DNA of 64,000 nucleotides from the human T2T-CHM13v2.0 reference genome, Homo sapiens: NCBI RefSeq assembly GCF_009914755.1, contig NC_060925.1; one strand, written 5' to 3'. The translations under genes and the position numbers were made by a program. The notes under the pieces are model-generated. The model was not told the DNA's origin. It searched no databases and was given only the letters and a program-made list of their open reading frames with translations. Positions 61,559 to 64,000 of this stretch are shown piece after piece (position 1 is the stretch's first letter; the number at the start of each line of letters is the position of its first letter).

Positions 61559-63335
61559 ATGTTACTGGCACAAAAACAGACACATGGACCAATGGAACAA
61601 AATATAGAACCCAGAAATAAAGATGCACACCTACAGCCATCTAATTTTTGACAAAGTCAAAAAAAAAGGGAATGTGGAAAGTACTTCCTATTCAATAAAT
61701 AGTGCTGGGATAGCAGGCTAGTCATATGCAGAAGAATGAAACTGGATCCTTACCTGTCACCATATACAAAAATTAACTCAAGATGAATTAAAGATTTAAA
61801 TGTACAACCTCAAGCTATAAGAATCCTAGAAGAAAACCTAGGAAATGCCATTCTGGAAAGAATTTATGACTAAGTCATCAAAAGCAATTGCAAAAAAATA
61901 AAATTGACAAGTGGGACCTAACTAAACTAAAGAGCTTCTGCACAGCAAAAGAAACTATCAACAGAGTAAACATGCAACCTGCAGAATGGGAGAAAATATT
62001 CACAAACTACACATCTGACAAAAGTCTAACATCCAAAAATCTTTAAGGAACTTAATCAATTGAACAAGCAAAAAACAATTCCATTAAAAACTGGATAAAA
62101 GACATGAACAGACACTTTTCAAAATAAGACATACAAGTGGCCAACAAACATATGAAAAAATGCTCCACATCACTAATCACCAGGGAAATGCAAATCAAAA
62201 CCACAATGAGATAGTACCTTATGCCAGTCAGAATGGCTATTATTTAAAAGTTAAAAAACCACAGATGTTGGCATGGCTGCAGAGAAAAATGAGTGCTTAT
62301 ACACTGTTGGTGGGAATGTAAATTAATTCAGCCACTGTGAAAAGCAGTTTGGAGATTTCTCAAAGGACTCAGAACTACCACTCAACCCAGCAATCCCATT
62401 ACTGGGTATATACCCAAAGGAAAAGAAATCATTCTCCCAAAAAAGCACACACACGCACATGTCCATTATGGCACCACTGGCAATAGCAAAGACATGGAAT
62501 CAATCTAGATGCCCATCAATGACAGATTAGAAAAAGAAAATGTGGCACATATACACTCATATAGTTTGGATATTTGTCCCCACTCAAATCTTATGTTGAA
62601 ATGTAATCCCCAATGTTGGGGGTAGGGCCTGGTTGGAGATATTTGGGTCATGGTGGTGGATCCCTTATGGCTTGGTGTTGTCCTTGCAACAGCAAGTGAG
62701 TTCTCATGAGATATGGTTGTCAAGTGTGGGGCACATCGCCCACTCTCTTTCTTGCTCCTGCATTCACCAAGTGAAGTGCCTGCTCCTGCTTCACCTTCTG
62801 CCATGAGTAAAAGTGCCCTTAGGCCTCCTCAGAAGCCTAGGAGATGCCAGTGCCATGCTTGTACTGTTTGCAGAACCATAAGCCAATTAAACCTCTTTTC
62901 TGAATAAGTTACCCAGTTTCAGGTATTTCTTTATAGCAATGCAAGAACAGCCTAACACCTATACCATAGAATACTATGCAGCCATAAAAAGAATGAAATC
63001 ATAACCTTTGCAGCAACAAGGATGCAGCCTGGAGGCCATTATCCCAAGCAAACAAGAACAGACGGAAGAATAGAAAACCACATACCTCATGTTCTCGTTT
63101 ATAAGCGGGAGCTTAATATTGGGTACTCACTGACATGAAGATGGCAACGATAGACACTGGGTCCTGCTAGAGCAGGGAGGAAAAGGGAGGAGGGCAAAAG
63201 TCAAAAAAACAACTATCGGGTACTATGCTCAGTCCCTGGGTAACAGGATCTTTCATACCTCAAACCTTAGCATTATGAAATATACTCAAGTAACAAACCC
63301 GCACATGTAACCACTGAATCTAAAATAAAAGTTGA
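61559..63335 (+). mobile_element. 5'-truncated L1 (L1PB / old L1PA-type) 3' fragment
   Basis: tactggcacaaaaacagacacatggaccaatggaac...ctgaatctaaaataaaagttga; candidate TSD ataatacacagctgtg (61543-61558) / ataatatacagttctg (63676-63691). Confidence 0.9.
62557..62959 (+). mobile_element. MSTA/MSTB LTR nested in L1
   Basis: aaatcttatgttgaaatgtaatcccc...agccaattaaacctctttt...aggtatttctttatagcaatgcaagaac; TSD tacac/tatac. Confidence 0.9.
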
Positions 63336-63641
<306 letters not shown>

Positions 63642-64000
63642 AAAAGTTGAAGAAAATATTGTAGGACAAAATAATATAATATACAGTTCTGGTCTACAGA
63701 TGAATTTCTCATCGGGTGCAGTTGTAGTAGTCTAAAAACCCTAATTTGGGGCAATCTGTCATGGGAGAAAGTGGAAGTAGTTTATGTTAATAAAAGAAGC
63801 TATGAGCTACCTCCCACATGTTCTGCAGACCATGGAATTGTATGAAACTCCTTTAAAAGCAACATGAGTATATCCAGATATAGTTCGATGAGGCAGTAAG
63901 GCCACTGCCACCAATTATTTAAAGAAAGTCTGTCTGGTGACAGTCATGCCAAGACCCTGAATCCACTTTAATGGTGGAAGTGGACACATAGGCTTAGGGA

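Overview
Primate (human-like) nuclear genomic DNA: AT-rich, CpG-poor and dominated by interspersed repeats. I see no intact protein-coding gene, rRNA, tRNA or CpG island. The only host-gene-derived sequence I can identify is an old, frameshifted, intronless RCC2 (TD-60) processed pseudogene on the minus strand (~59.9-61.5 kb). The rest is a layered mobile-element landscape: about 21 Alus; a full-length L1PB-type LINE-1 with target-site duplications (27.1-33.6 kb); several truncated L1s; two ERV-L/HERV16-like pro-pol remnants on opposite strands (39.7-44.1 kb and 47.2-49.0 kb); solo LTRs (MLT1, MST, MER50-like, LTR47-like, MER39-like, MER72/67-like); L2, MIR, MER20, Charlie1 and MADE1 fragments; and several microsatellites. 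Nearly all ORFs in the supplied track are repeat-derived or spurious. The most unusual signals are two long near-perfect hairpins sharing a 10-nt core (2.3 kb and 51.7 kb), a microsatellite born inside the RCC2 retrocopy, an AluS/AluY chimera beside half a MADE1, and a THE1/L1/MER39 junction that looks like a deletion scar. I found no convincing new biological system. Repeat subfamily names come from recalled consensus sequences and need RepeatMasker/Dfam confirmation.
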